A stretch of 63,827 bases of DNA, taken from the NCBI RefSeq assembly GCF_001194135.2, contig NC_068981.1, positions 173,853,195-173,917,021 on the forward strand. The letters run 5' to 3'. Every line of letters begins with the position of its first letter. The first letter of the stretch is position 1. The translations under genes and the position numbers were made by a program. This document shows positions 26,061 to 38,026 of the stretch, in pieces. The notes under the pieces were generated by a model. The model was given only the letters and a program-made list of their open reading frames with translations, did not search any database and had not been told where the DNA came from. The stretch comes from Octopus bimaculoides. Its lineage: Eukaryota.

Positions 26061-26221
26061 ACACTCTCTGAGTGGTTGGCGTTAGGAAGGGCATCCAGCT
26101 GTAGAAACACTGCCAAATCAGATTGGAGCCTGGTGTAGCCATCTGGTTTCAGCAGTCCTCAGTCAAATCGTCCAACCCATGCTAGCATGGAAAGCGGACG
26201 TTAAACGATGATGATGATGAT
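26061..26221 (+). mobile_element. (GAT)n-tailed RTE 3' end next to (TG)n/(TA)n tracts
   Basis: Near-identical to 20440-20580 and 41811-42032. Confidence 0.85.
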
Positions 26222-26332
26222 GGGAAGGATGATTTGCTGTATGAATATAAGGTTCTGAGGTCACCATTGTGGCTGTTTGTTGATACCACCACCTTAACGT
26301 TGTCCGCTGATTATTAGTTTAACAAAAGTTGT

Positions 26333-26831
26333 TGTCACGTCGGGTTGACTCCATGATTATTGGTTGAAGATGACAATGTTGGCGATGGTAGTTGTTGATA
26401 GCAGTGTGTCTGTATTCTTTCAACAGTTGTGCAGTGATAGACAATAACAACTTGACCTTGTTCAGTAGTAAAGCTTTATTCACAACAGTGTGGGTTGAGT
26501 ACAATGTTAATGTTTTATAAAGTTTTGTATAGAGATGAGTAGTGTTCATGTGAGATGTCTATAATGTGGAGGCGGTAAATGAATGAATGTGTGAAGACAT
26601 TAGTTGTGCTTTGTGTATATAGAAAGAGACTTGATGGAAGCGTTTCTAGAAAGCATGAGATAACGGCATTGAATTTGGTCTATACAGCCGGCGCATGTGG
26701 AAGAAGGATGTTCTTGTGTGAGAGAGGCCAGTGTTAATGCGATAGAGCAAAACTGCATGCTGGAAGTCCTTTAGAAAAGTGAGAAAAGAAACTCAATTAA
26801 AGCTGGCAGCAGCTACATTATGTAAGTGACA
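26333..26831 (-). mobile_element. Possible solo LTR
   Basis: TGTCAC...GTGACA ends; minus-strand TATA-like site (~26615) upstream of AATAAA (~26478); no matching TSD. Confidence 0.4.
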
Positions 26832-27440
26832 ATCGGACGTAGTAGAGAGCGCCTTTTAGAGGGAGCTTGCTTATTCAGCCAATCACAGACTGAATAGAGC
26901 TGTAAACATACAGTGCTGTTTGAGTCTACCTGAGATCCAAAATGCATCTTTTAAGCTATGCTAGGACAGGCATGCTACACACACACATATATATATATAT
27001 AGTTTTATTCTATATACACACGAGTATACATATATATAAAAATATACATACTCTATCTATCAGCTCTTGTTTAACCCAGACAAGCCCTAAAATCAAAGGG
27101 ATTCCATCCTTGACCATTTTGCCTTTTTTTAAACACATTATCCCGTGTCCATTTTTTAAAAACAGTAGAGTGTGTAGTGTTTGCAGGGAGATTTGACTAT
27201 TATTTCTAACAGATTGACTACGTAAATGCTCCTTCATTGGCTTTTATTTATAGGTTGTTTATCTTCAGGCTGTCTCTGAATGAAGCAGACCCTTAAGAAA
27301 AACCTTTTGCAGCTACAACGATTCATTTTTTTTTTATCAATTCAAACTACTCCATTCAATGCTTCCTCATATTTTAAAGAGGAAAGGGTGATTTAGTTAC
27401 AATTCCTGGCAAGTACGAAAACCACAGTGTCCTTCCTTAC

Positions 27441-27469
27441 TGGTGGTAAACAGTGGCACTCAAAACTTC
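27441..27469 (-). CDS. SURF1: Speculative 29-nt SURF1 microexon (SFECHCLPP), phase 1 to 0
   Basis: TAGTCAG acceptor, GTAAGG donor; phase links the 78-nt exon to the 25529 exon. Confidence 0.25.
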
Positions 27470-28870
27470 CTGACTAAACCATAGTTGTAACAAATGAGGA
27501 AATGCACGAACTAATTATTTTTTTATTCTTATACTTAGGTCAAAATCTAGTATTTTATAACACACAAACTAATGGTATGCGTAATTTAATAACACATTTA
27601 TTCCTAGCTGTTCCTTTTTGGTTTATAGTAATTAATGATCTCAGTTGGAAAGAAAATTGAAAAACATCAAGGCTTTAGTAAAAGTATTTATGATATTGCA
27701 TAATCTCGCCATTCGCCGTTATCCAGTTGTTAGTGCTTTTATCTATATAGGAAACAACTTGTTGATAATATTCTTATTTCTTTGTACGTATTTTATTGTC
27801 ATAAAACCCAGATCCTTAAAGATAACGACAAAATGCCAGCAATATTTAATTAATTACGACCCTTTACGCTTTGAAATGAAATGCAGCTGAGGTCAACTTC
27901 ACATTTCATTCTTCTAGGGTTGATAAAATAAAATATCTTGTACTAGAGCGATTTAACATTCCTAAAAGCGCAGCCTAGGCATGAATTGAATTATCATAAA
28001 AGAACATGTTTTTTCAGAGATTAATTCTCCCGTCAGTGGTTTATCTAAAAAGCAGTCGACGTTTGAAGGTTAACGAATTCACTCTTTACATAACATAGAA
28101 GGAACAACTTCTGGCGATAATATCTTTCTGTAAATGCAACCGCATTTCATTAGTGAGTTCATAACAAAATATATGATATTTATTGAACTAAAATATATTT
28201 TTTAGAAGTAAAACTTTCTGTATCGAAACTATTAGATTATAGGACAGTACTTAAAGATACTTTTTATGTAAGTGAAAAGTCCTTAATTCGTAAAAAAATA
28301 TTTGAAAAAACGTAACGAATAGGAAAATATATTCATGTTTTTCGTTAAAAGAACTTTTGTTTACCTGTTGACTTAATAATCGTAAACAAGCATTCCACAC
28401 CATGACGGAGTACGACGTTCAAGCACAAAATATTACAGCGGTGCTATAAAAAGTTATGTCCCTTACAGAGAAAAGGTCTACTCTCTTGACTCTGGTCCAC
28501 GTTAATAACTTCGGGAAAAGTTTGTGTTACAGATTCCTGTTTCACTATCTTATGTCTGTTAATGCTCCATGTCTGTGTATTACTTGTTGAGTTTGGAGGG
28601 TAAAGTATTGTCTATAATCTTTGTAGGCTCCCTCAAAACCAGTAGGTTTGATGCCATTAATGTTCCTTTTAGACTATTGCAGGCCAAATCCTGCCGGAAA
28701 GACGAGTAGGGAGAAAAGTATAGAGCACCGATGTTCTAGGGAGAAGAGGACTTGGCATAATGGCTAGTGCAGGTCCGAGGAGGTTGGTACATCATGAGTG
28801 ATGAGAGGTGGAAAGATGAGTTGATTGGGGTTACGAGATCAAACTAGTTTTGATGATTAGTAACAATAGA

Positions 28871-29115
28871 GGTAATCTTCAAGTTTAGGGGGATAAAAAA
28901 ATAAATAAAAATATTCAAGGGAAATAACTGAATGACTTACCAGTATTATCCGTTTTCTTCTAGCTGTTTATAAATAAATCACACCCTAACCCTAACGTCA
29001 ATCAAATCACGTGTGTGATTTATTTATAAACAGAGATGTACGGAGAATACTGGTAAGACGTTCAGTTACTTCCCTTGAATATTTTTTTTTTATCCCCCTA
29101 AACTTGAAGATTACC
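28871..29115. mobile_element. Merlin-like MITE with perfect 8-bp TSD and central (CCCTAA)2
   Basis: ACAATAGA at 28863-28870 and 29116-29123; termini GGTAATCTTCAAGTTTAGGGGGATAAAAAA and its reverse complement; long imperfect TIRs. Confidence 0.75.
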
Positions 29116-29623
29116 ACAATAGAACTGACAGAAGAGACGGTACGCTTGTAGGCCAGAGGCTGGAATACGTTCGTAAGTGATTAACTATCAGTTAGTTGAG
29201 TGACCTTTCTCTGTATGCGTAGCAGCAACACTGCCCCATATGTAGGAACAGTAGGGGGCAAGGGGCTGAAATATATATATTTTAGAATATTTGTGAAGTA
29301 TCTTATCGAAGGGCACAATATCCACATTAGCATTCAAAGTTATGATCAGTTTTTTTGCGTATTTATTTCCGTTAGTTACTTCTAGAGAGAGTGGGTAAGA
29401 GAAAGAAAATCAGTAGTTGACTGCCGTTTGGATATTAATGGAAGGTGGAAAAGTCAACAATTTATATCGACCCCTTACGTTACACCATCTTATTTAGAGC
29501 TCAATGTGTATCTCCTTCCCCCGATACTTTCATCAGCCATTTAGACATATGTAGCTAAAGCTATACATTGCTGATGAAGTAAGAAAATACCCAACTACGT
29601 CTGGAGTTATCTCCCGTACTTAC

Positions 29624-29701
29624 CTGAATAATGGCAATAGTTTTCTAATATTGTTTTATTAATCGTCGTGTATTTATTTCGAATTATCTTTTTGATACTT
29701 C
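29624..29701 (-). CDS. SURF1: Probable 78-nt internal exon in the SURF1 5' region (SIKKIIRNKYTTINKTILENYCHYS), phase 1/1
   Basis: Branch-like TGCTGAC, TTGCAG|G acceptor, CAG|GTAAGT donor; only one frame is open. Confidence 0.45.
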
Positions 29702-31223
29702 CTGCAATAAATATGTCAGCACTAACTTAACTAGTATAACTGACGAATGTTTCGTTAGACTACACTGTGTTCAAATTCTCCCCTGCAATTGACAAGCCTT
29801 ACTATCCAGAGTAGATGTTGCTCAATTGCTAGATTTTAGAAATGAAGGTAGACCTCACAACTACGCCAGTTTTGTAGAAAATTTAAATACAACATTAACA
29901 ATAATTGGTACTACTTTGGCGTGTGATCTACAATTTCAAGTAACTTTAGGTTACTTTCCAATTTCTAAAAGATGTTGGCTAAAGATTTTTACAATGTTGA
30001 AAAAATATATTTACAATGTTAAGTATGTACCAAAGAATTTATTTAAAAAAATGTAGAAACTGAAAAGTAAACTAAAAAGTAACCTAAAGTATTCTCCCTT
30101 TAAATTGTAGTTCACACGCTCATATAGCACCAAACATTATTTCTCAATGGCAACATTTTTTGTTGATTACATGGTTTTCACCACGATGGGATAACTGCGG
30201 TTAGTGCAAGCCGATGTCGATAAGAAAAACATGGACAGGAAAAGATTTTCTTTATTAACCGTAAAGGTTGTACATAGATGGGACAAAACAAAGGACTTTG
30301 GACAGACATACACAAATCTTGCAAAACTTTGGACGATGCGTATGGGTTTAAAAATTTATAATTATATACTTTTAAAGTTAAAAATTAAAATGAAAATGAT
30401 TAAAATGAATTAGATAAAAAAGTTCAGGGTTCAATTTATTGACCCGCCGGTTATTTTACTTTTTTTTTTCTTCCACTTTTTTCCCTCTTTATCTTTTTTC
30501 CCCATGGACAGGAAAAGAATTTCAGCAAGTTTATGTTTTAGGTAAAGAAGAATTAGTATTCATTGTCAATGTAAAGCCTAAGAACCAGGGCACAGAATTG
30601 GTTACGAGAGGAGAGATGGGTGTATCGAGAAGCTTGCGTCGTATTGGTATGCAGATAACTAGCTCTAACGACCAGTATATATTTTACTACCGGTAGAAGA
30701 TACGGAATAATGAAACAGCACATCTGTGGGATCGTGGTTGGAGTGTGTTGGTAAGTGGGTCCTTGCCAATCAGTCAAATGGTTTTCTTTTGGATCCATCG
30801 GAAAGCAATGGAGAAAATGGAAATACGAAAAAAGAGATTAATCTAAAAAGGACTCAAGACAAAATTTCTTTTATTGGTAATTAATGTAAGGGATATAGTA
30901 TTACAAATATTAAATACCATTTGAATGGGTAGTACACTGGAGATAGCAATAATCGCTAATAGATTTGTCCTAATGAACGGAATCGTTAAGCCCAATCTTG
31001 TTCACGTGCGATGGGCTTTTCTCAGTTCTGTCTACCAAATTCCACTCACAAAACTAAAACATAGTAGAAAACGTTTACCCAATTGTACCACATAGTGGAA
31101 TTGAACCTGGGACTATGAAATTACGAAGCGAACATCTTAACTATACAAAAGCACGACTTGTATGATGATAAAAAGAATTTCAAGTGAAACATTTTTCCTA
31201 ATTATTAATCTGTAGTTCTGAAT

Positions 31224-31424
31224 AAGGCGGCGAGCTAGCAGAATCGTTACCGCGCCGGCCAAAATACTTGGCAGCATTTCGTCCGTCTTTACGTTTGAGT
31301 TTCCACCGAGATTGACTTTCCCTTTTATTCCTTAAGGTCGGTAAAATAAGTATCTGTTGGATACCGAGATCTATGTAACCTCCTTGCCTCTCCCCTAAAA
31401 TTGTTAGCCTAGTGAAACCAATTC
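31224..31424 (+). mobile_element. Second-family tRNA SINE with 12-bp TSD, CpG-intact
   Basis: GTAGTTCTGAAT at 31212-31223 and 31425-31436. Confidence 0.8.
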
Positions 31425-31865
31425 GTAGTTCTGAATTGCTTTCTAATAAGCATTTTGGTGTAAAATATCCTTTATAGCTTTTGTTAAACTTAGGCTTATC
31501 CGTATGAAATGGGTGCTGGGATAAATGGAATATTACATTACGGCATCTCGGAATTATATAACTGTTTGATAAACTTATAATAAATAATTTGCAATTTTAG
31601 ACCAAGACCACACATTTGGGGAGAGAGTACAATTGTCTAAGCTGATTCCAGCATGATTTTTTTTTTGTTTCGATCCCGTTGGATCAGTGACACAAAACTG
31701 ATGGGGGCGGGGTGTAAAAAATTGACATGTCTATTAAAATATTCTTTCAGAATCTTAATTTGTGTTGTATGAAACTAAAAATACCAAAATAAATAAAGGA
31801 AAAGCCCTACATCTTGAGTAGTTTTCTCCCTTTAAAACAATTTCCCAGCTATTCCAAAATCCCAC

Positions 31866-31955
31866 CTCAGTAGGATTTGAATTCAGAATGCACCCGTCCA
31901 GGTGCGGAATATATACGTCACTGAAACCAGACCTCATAAGCATGGCTCGAAACAT
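31866..31955 (-). CDS. SURF1: Probable SURF1 first coding exon (MFRAMLMRSGFSD...); donor uncertain (31917, 31866 or a phase-1 site)
   Basis: ATG at 31955; Arg/Met-rich N-terminus typical of a mitochondrial presequence; faces away from the PFDN6 ATG; no other suitable start found. Confidence 0.55.
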
Positions 31956-32067
31956 TTTATCATTGCGAGTAACTAAAAATTAACGAATCAACAATCGCCT
32001 AACTGAAAAGCTTCCTCCAATCAAAAGTGTTCTTTTACTGGCCTCTTGGTTAGTATTGAAAGGCATC
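31956..32067. promoter_or_regulatory. Putative bidirectional promoter / 5' UTRs shared by SURF1 and PFDN6
   Basis: 112 bp between divergent ATGs inside a CpG-retaining region. Confidence 0.55.
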
Positions 32068-32131
32068 ATGGCGGAGGGTTTACAGAAGCGGTTACAGAAT
32101 GAAGTCGAAAAGTATCAAAGTGTTCAAAAAG
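32068..32131 (+). CDS. PFDN6: Prefoldin subunit 6, exon 1 (MAEGLQKRLQNEVEKYQSVQK)
   Basis: CATCATGG start context, GTAATT donor; matches the PFDN6 N-terminus. Confidence 0.95.
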
Positions 32132-33967
32132 GTAATTTATAACAAAAGAATTTAAATTGTGACGATTTATCTGTGGCTACAGTTTGTTAAAAACTGTCAT
32201 ATTTGCTGTTGTAAGTATATGTACTGTCTTCCTCATGTGTATTCCAAAGGAGAAGGCAGTAAATATTTTATGTATGAACGATGTGTGGATTGTGTAAATG
32301 CATAAGGAAATGTTTTAATTATATGTGTAAATATATAAATAGATGTGAATAGTGTAAATTTGCACACACAGTAAATGTATAGACAATATAAGCGTAGGTG
32401 GTGCTATTTCCGGATACTAGAGATGATTTTCATATTTCTTTATCGTGCTCCTTCCCTTTTAATGTGGTTACTGAAGATGTATTGAGTAAGGCTTCTTCCT
32501 GATGAGATCACTGTTAATTACAAACGATATGTGTAATTAAACGTCACCTATACTGTTCAACAGAATTTTGAACAGGTATACATAGGCGACTAAGAATAAT
32601 TTCTTTTCTTTTTTAATGTTAGTATAGTAAAATTGCACCTTATGTATACATTTATATCTCAGTATACATGATCTACTATCATTGGTATGTTCTAGGTAAA
32701 ACACACAGGTGATTAAAAAAAAGCTTTCTGCACAACACTCCGGTTTATATTTCGTTTTTGGATTTGGTTTGCAAGATTTTTTATGTGAGGTTTTATGGGA
32801 CACTCAAGACTATTGATAAGGTTGCAAGACGCAACGAAAATTTTAGGAAAATAAGTGGAAATTTTACCGGTGAGTGTGTTAAATTTTAAGGCACAATTAG
32901 AAAATGACTCTCCCCAGACACAGCAGAATATACTTCGGTTTATGTAGTTGTTGAAATATAACTCTGAGGAACCTGTTCATTAAATGTTTGAAATCGTTTT
33001 CTTGCTCCTTGTACTTCTATGGGTCTTGTCAACCTAAACGTTGATCTTTCGAAGCTATTTTAGCATTAACAAAATTCTGAAAATGTACGGCATCGATAAG
33101 ATTACCCAATCATCTATTCTTCAATATTAGATGAAAGTGGGAGACCTAACCATTTTGTGAATAGCATTAAAAAAATTAATCCGTGAAAAACATCTTGTCA
33201 CACCACATTATTTTGTACTTTTACAATTCTAATTATAAAAATGAAAACGTTGCTTTTACTATATCTCCAGTATTAAAAATAACTTATTTTACGTCTGTTT
33301 TTCTATGCTGGAATGAGTTCAGATAGCCTGCCCCCAGCACACCGTCTTTCGTGAGGTGCAACATCTTGAGATCGCCTTCCACTATTCCTTTACAAATTTC
33401 TTTGACATTTCAACTGTCATCTTTCCTATGTATCACAAGTACCTTCCAACTCAATCTTCTATTTTACACACTGCAACTCATTGCTACGACGTTCATTTTT
33501 CTACTTAGCTCACCTGTGTATTGTCTTTCATACACACTGACAGGTGCTTATTATCTTGATAGTATTCAATACATTCAAAATTATATTTTCAATAGTCAAT
33601 AATAAAACCGACCTCACTCTATAAGAAGTGTTCTTTACATTTTTACTATTACATTATAACAATTTCTAAGGATTACTATTTAGTGGTAGACAACTCCTGG
33701 TAAACTATCTAATTTCAAAAGAATTGGGTTTCTGTAAGATTTATCAGTTCCATAGGACTTGAGCTTAGTACTGATGGTTAATGAACCTGTATTGATTATA
33801 GGCTTCTTGCTGGCTACAGGTAGATAAAATAGAAGAATTAGAGTTAAATTTTCAGGCCATGACCATTGTACAGTACTGGTGAAGAGACGCAACCACTGAC
33901 TCTTTGGCTGGTGGTTTATCGCCCATTTGGTTCATCCCTCTCATACTTCAATATCAATCTATCTGCA

Positions 33968-34375
33968 AAGCACAGCTGTGGCTTATGATTGAGAAGTTTG
34001 CTTCAAAACCATGTGATCTCAGGTTCAGTCCCACTGCATGGCATATCAGGCGAGTGTTTTCTACTATAGTCCTAGTGTCCTAAACCATGTGAGTGGATTT
34101 GGTAGACTAAAATTGAAGAACCCTGTCATAAATACATACACGTATATAATATATGTGTCTTTGTGTGTAAACTTGTCTTGACATCATGTAATGATTGTAA
34201 ATGAACATCACTGTCATGCAAGCAATGTTCATTTCCAGTCTTCCACGAAATATTACCTTGCTCGGAAACCGGAATGGGCTGGTGATAGGAAGAGCATCCA
34301 GCTTCAGCAAACCTGCCGCCACAAAGTTCCATCTGACTCATACAAGCACAGAAAAGTGGATAATGAACAAGGATG
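33968..34375 (+). mobile_element. tRNA/CORE-like SINE with RTE-like 3' tail
   Basis: Head as at 17483; 3' part contains GGAAGAGCATCCAGC shared with the RTE 3' UTR. Confidence 0.7.
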
Positions 34376-35134
34376 GTAGTCAGTTCTTGATAATTTCAAA
34401 GTGATGCATTTGGAGGCCAATTTTACTGGCGTTAGGGATGAACAATTTTTCTGAATGTATGCATATAAGTTCTGTGTATCTGAAATACAACTGAATTTAT
34501 GGGATTGGACATAATTTGGAGAAGCAAATTCTGTATAAACACATAAATGTGAAAATGTTTGTAATTAATGCTAGAGAGAACACATATGTCATTAGTCAAT
34601 CTCCATCGTCTATTTAAATATTTTTAAAGTTACTACAATTGAGATAATTTACAGTATAAATATAGCTTCCCAACCAAAGATCATGAAACTTGTATCAGTA
34701 ATTTTTTGGGGTTAATAATTTTCATCTACATGCCATAAACTACAGTGGTCTACAATTTTTTTCATACAATTATCAGTCTGTTATTTTATATTTATGTCAT
34801 AAAGGCTTAATAATTTTAATTAGTGTTTCATTATAGTTCTGAGTTCTACCCAGTTACATTTAACTATTAGTTTGCAATGCACTTATAATTCATTTGGACT
34901 GATATTACACTACAAATCCAAACATATTTGTTGTATAGACACATGCAAGACATTATTTAGCCATCCACATACTTGATCAAGAATTCGTCACCTTTGGTAT
35001 AGGAAACAGTGAATAGTACATTCACTGATGTTGCAAATAGCTGCCTAGCTGAATAAAAATGCTGTTTGACTTTATTCTTGTTAAAGTACATTTATATATG
35101 TTCCTATATCAGTTTCATGTGACATACTTTTCAG

Positions 35135-35205
35135 ATATCCAGAAGTATATCATGGGAAAGCAGAAACTTGATGCTCAGCTCAATGAGAACACTTTAGTAA
35201 AAGAG
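35135..35205 (+). CDS. PFDN6: PFDN6 exon 2 (IQKYIMGKQKLDAQLNENTLVKE)
   Basis: TTTTCAG acceptor, GTAATA donor, phase 1/0; QKLxAQLxEN motif. Confidence 0.95.
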
Positions 35206-36446
35206 GTAATAACTTTTTCTACTTTTAATTACTATTATGATTTTGCTAAAAAAATTTTATCATCTGAGTTTTCTACTTACTTTTATGTATGAAGTATTTT
35301 TTTTTTTTTTGTCAGATCTATCTCTTAATTTTTTTCTATGTAATAATTTTTGGTTTTTTAAAGTTTTAGCTTGGCGTGTTATTTTACAGAATTCACAATC
35401 TTTTTCTGATCTCATTTTATTACAGTCTAGACACTATTATATCGTCATAATTAAGAAGACACACAAGTACATTACATATGCTACCTTCAATAGTTGAAAT
35501 TTCTTTACAGTTATAATAATAATTCTGTCTAATTTTAGCTCAAGGCCAGCAATTTTGAGAGGAGGTGGGGAAGTTAGTTGATTACATCATTGCTGGTGCT
35601 TGATTCGTACTTATTTTGTCAACTCTGAAAGGAAGAAAGGCAAAATTGAACTCAGAAACCTTGTAAGCCAGAAGAAATATAACAGAGTATTATTTCTTAT
35701 GCTTTAGCATTTCTGAAATTTGTTTATAAGATTAACTAATCACTTTGATTAATGATGCTAGATAACTGAACTGCTCCATTCTAATCATAGTTCTTATACT
35801 GAAATTGAATGCATTCATGTCATACAAATTTTTATAGGTTGGAGCATTCAATTATTGATTCTTTTTTGATGTTAGTTTAACTACCCATTATTAAACTGGA
35901 TAGAGGAATAACTGACATAGATTTCAAAAGCTGCATCACCAGCTATCTGACTGAGGGCAGTGAACCTGAATAAGTATTAACACATGTTATAATGGAGTCT
36001 TTAAATCCTCACATAGAACAATGGCATGATGAAATACACCCAGAAAACTTTGTCAACTATTTGGTGGCATGAAGGGCATCCAGTTGTAGAAACCATGTCA
36101 AATTGGAATGTATGAGTGAAATGCAGACTCTACAAACCACATTGCAAGCGACACATCTTGGAAAGTAGAAACTTGGTATAAAAATTGAGATAGGTAGAGG
36201 AAATTCTTCAGTTCACCTTGCTTGGGACAACCAGTCCAGTACCAGTGGTGTGATGAAATGCATCTCAGACATAAACAAAACTGAAGTTGGCAGGTTTTTT
36301 TCTATTTTGTGTAAGATGGTGCAGGCTGTGATGACCCATCTAATCCATGCCAGCAAGGATAGACAGGTGTAAAATGTTGATCTGAAATTTGTTAACCCTT
36401 TCAGTGCCAGCTTATATGAAAGTATGAGGAGTTTAGCCCTTTAGCA

Positions 36447-36640
36447 TTCAGAATTACTCTGGCAAATGCAATGCTCATGTATTCACATTGATTTGAATTA
36501 ATCATGCATTATCTTGTAGCTTTCAGATTTCAATGATGTGATTGCTTATTTTACAATGACATTGCTAGGTAGGTGTGAGAGGCCTGATTGAACATGAAAC
36601 AGGTAGAAAATTTTAGGTTGGATATGGCCAGTTTAAATTT
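36447..36640 (+). mobile_element. piggyBac-type MITE, degenerate
   Basis: CCCTTTAGCATTCAGA... body as at 13188 and 16445; ends ~55 nt before PFDN6 exon 3. Confidence 0.65.
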
Positions 36641-36695
36641 GATTGTTTGAGTTGATATAAATAGCATTTTTTTTTTGTTTTTTCCCCTCTTGTAG

Positions 36696-36820
36696 GAACT
36701 GGACATGCTTGAAAAGGAATCTTGTGTATACAAATTGATAGGTCCAGTTTTGGTAAAGCAAGATCTTGAGGAAGCTAAACAGAACGTCCAGAAACGTATT
36801 GATTATATCTCTAGTGAATT
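36696..36820 (+). CDS. PFDN6: PFDN6 exon 3 (ELDMLEKESCVYKLIGPVLVKQDLEEAKQNVQKRIDYISSE)
   Basis: TCTTGTAG acceptor, GTAAGT donor; prefoldin-beta hairpin VYKLIGPVLVKQ. Confidence 0.97.
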
Positions 36821-36935
36821 GTAAGTAAGCTTTCCTTTTTATGTTGAATATCCTTTAAAATTATTGGGGTGCAGTTTTTGTAAATGAATTTTTTAAAAAT
36901 TAAATTAGTTTTATTAAACTATTTTGTAATATGTG

Positions 36936-37290
36936 AGGTGCAAGTATGGCTGTCTGGTTAAGCACTTCACTTCCAATATGGTTTTGGGTTCAGTCCCACT
37001 GCATGGCACATTGGGCAAGTATCTTCTACTATAATCCCAGAATGACCAAAGTGTCGTGAGTGGATTTGGTTGATGGAAACTGAAAGAAGCCCATTTGTGT
37101 GCTACTTGCAAATGAGTATTACTGTCATACAAGTGGTATACTTTGTTTTCAATCTTCCATGATAACATGTCCTACCATGGGAAAATACCTTGGCAAGAGA
37201 AAAGGCTTCTAACTACAAAATTTGCCTCAACAAATTCTCTCCAACTCATGCAACCTTGGAAAAGTGACAATGGTGATTGTGATGATGATG
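36936..37290 (+). mobile_element. tRNA/CORE-like SINE ending in (GAT)n
   Basis: Head and core as in other copies; tail ...CTCATGCAACCTTGGAAAGTG...GATGATGATG. Confidence 0.7.
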
Positions 37291-38026
37291 AATTTGTCAG
37301 CTCATGGCCAATAGGTCAGAAACTGCACTCGAACACTCTGCCATCACACCTGAAGTTAATTTTCTAAAAATCGTTGGAATATACAAAAAAAATTAAACCA
37401 ATAGTTCTTGTTGGGTATGTTTTATTCATTTTTCAACAAAACAGATTATGTAGTGCTAATTAACGCTTTGTAAATAAAGAGAAAAAGTAAATTTGAAAAG
37501 TTACAAAATATAAAGACATATATGACAATGTATTATGTTATTAGTGTTTGGTATTATAAAAATATACACTTTCAACCAATCTATATAGCGTTTGCTGTGG
37601 TTTAATTGTTGGTTCATGTTTTATTTTTTAGACTGCACAATAATAAAGTTTAAGTTTGTCAACATTTAATATCCATTTTCCATGCTGGCATGGGTTGGAC
37701 AGCTTGATGGGTACTGGCAAGGCCAGGGACCATACCAAGTTCCATAGTTTGTTTTGGCTTGGTTTCTATGGCTGGATGTCCTTCCTAACAGCAGCCACTT
37801 TACAATGTACTGGGTGCTTTTTACATTGCACCTTGGTTTTAGGATCTTAGTTCTGTTGTAGTGGGCAGGTTTTCTCCAGTAGAGCAATGCACCGCATATC
37901 TCAATCCTCTGTCATCTCCTTCATAGGGTTCAGTATTTTGAGGTCAGCCTTCAATACTTTGTCCCATGTCAATGTACTTTAAAATTGTTCTAGCTTATAT
38001 ATTTATTTGGATTTTTGTTTTTCAAG

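Noticed and set aside
29604-29615. GAGTTATCTCCC shared exactly with 47129-47140
   Set aside because: A single 12-mer match is expected many times by chance in 64 kb; only a genome-wide enrichment test would make it meaningful.
30560-30900. Plus-strand exon (GTAAGT at 30751) or old RTE remnant
   Set aside because: There are stops in all frames, no partner exon, and only vague similarity by eye.
32495-32550. Third hammerhead-like motif (CTGATGA...AAACGTC) in PFDN6 intron 1
   Set aside because: It has TAAAC instead of GAAAC, stem II is broken, and no stem I partner follows. It could be a fossil but cannot be supported.
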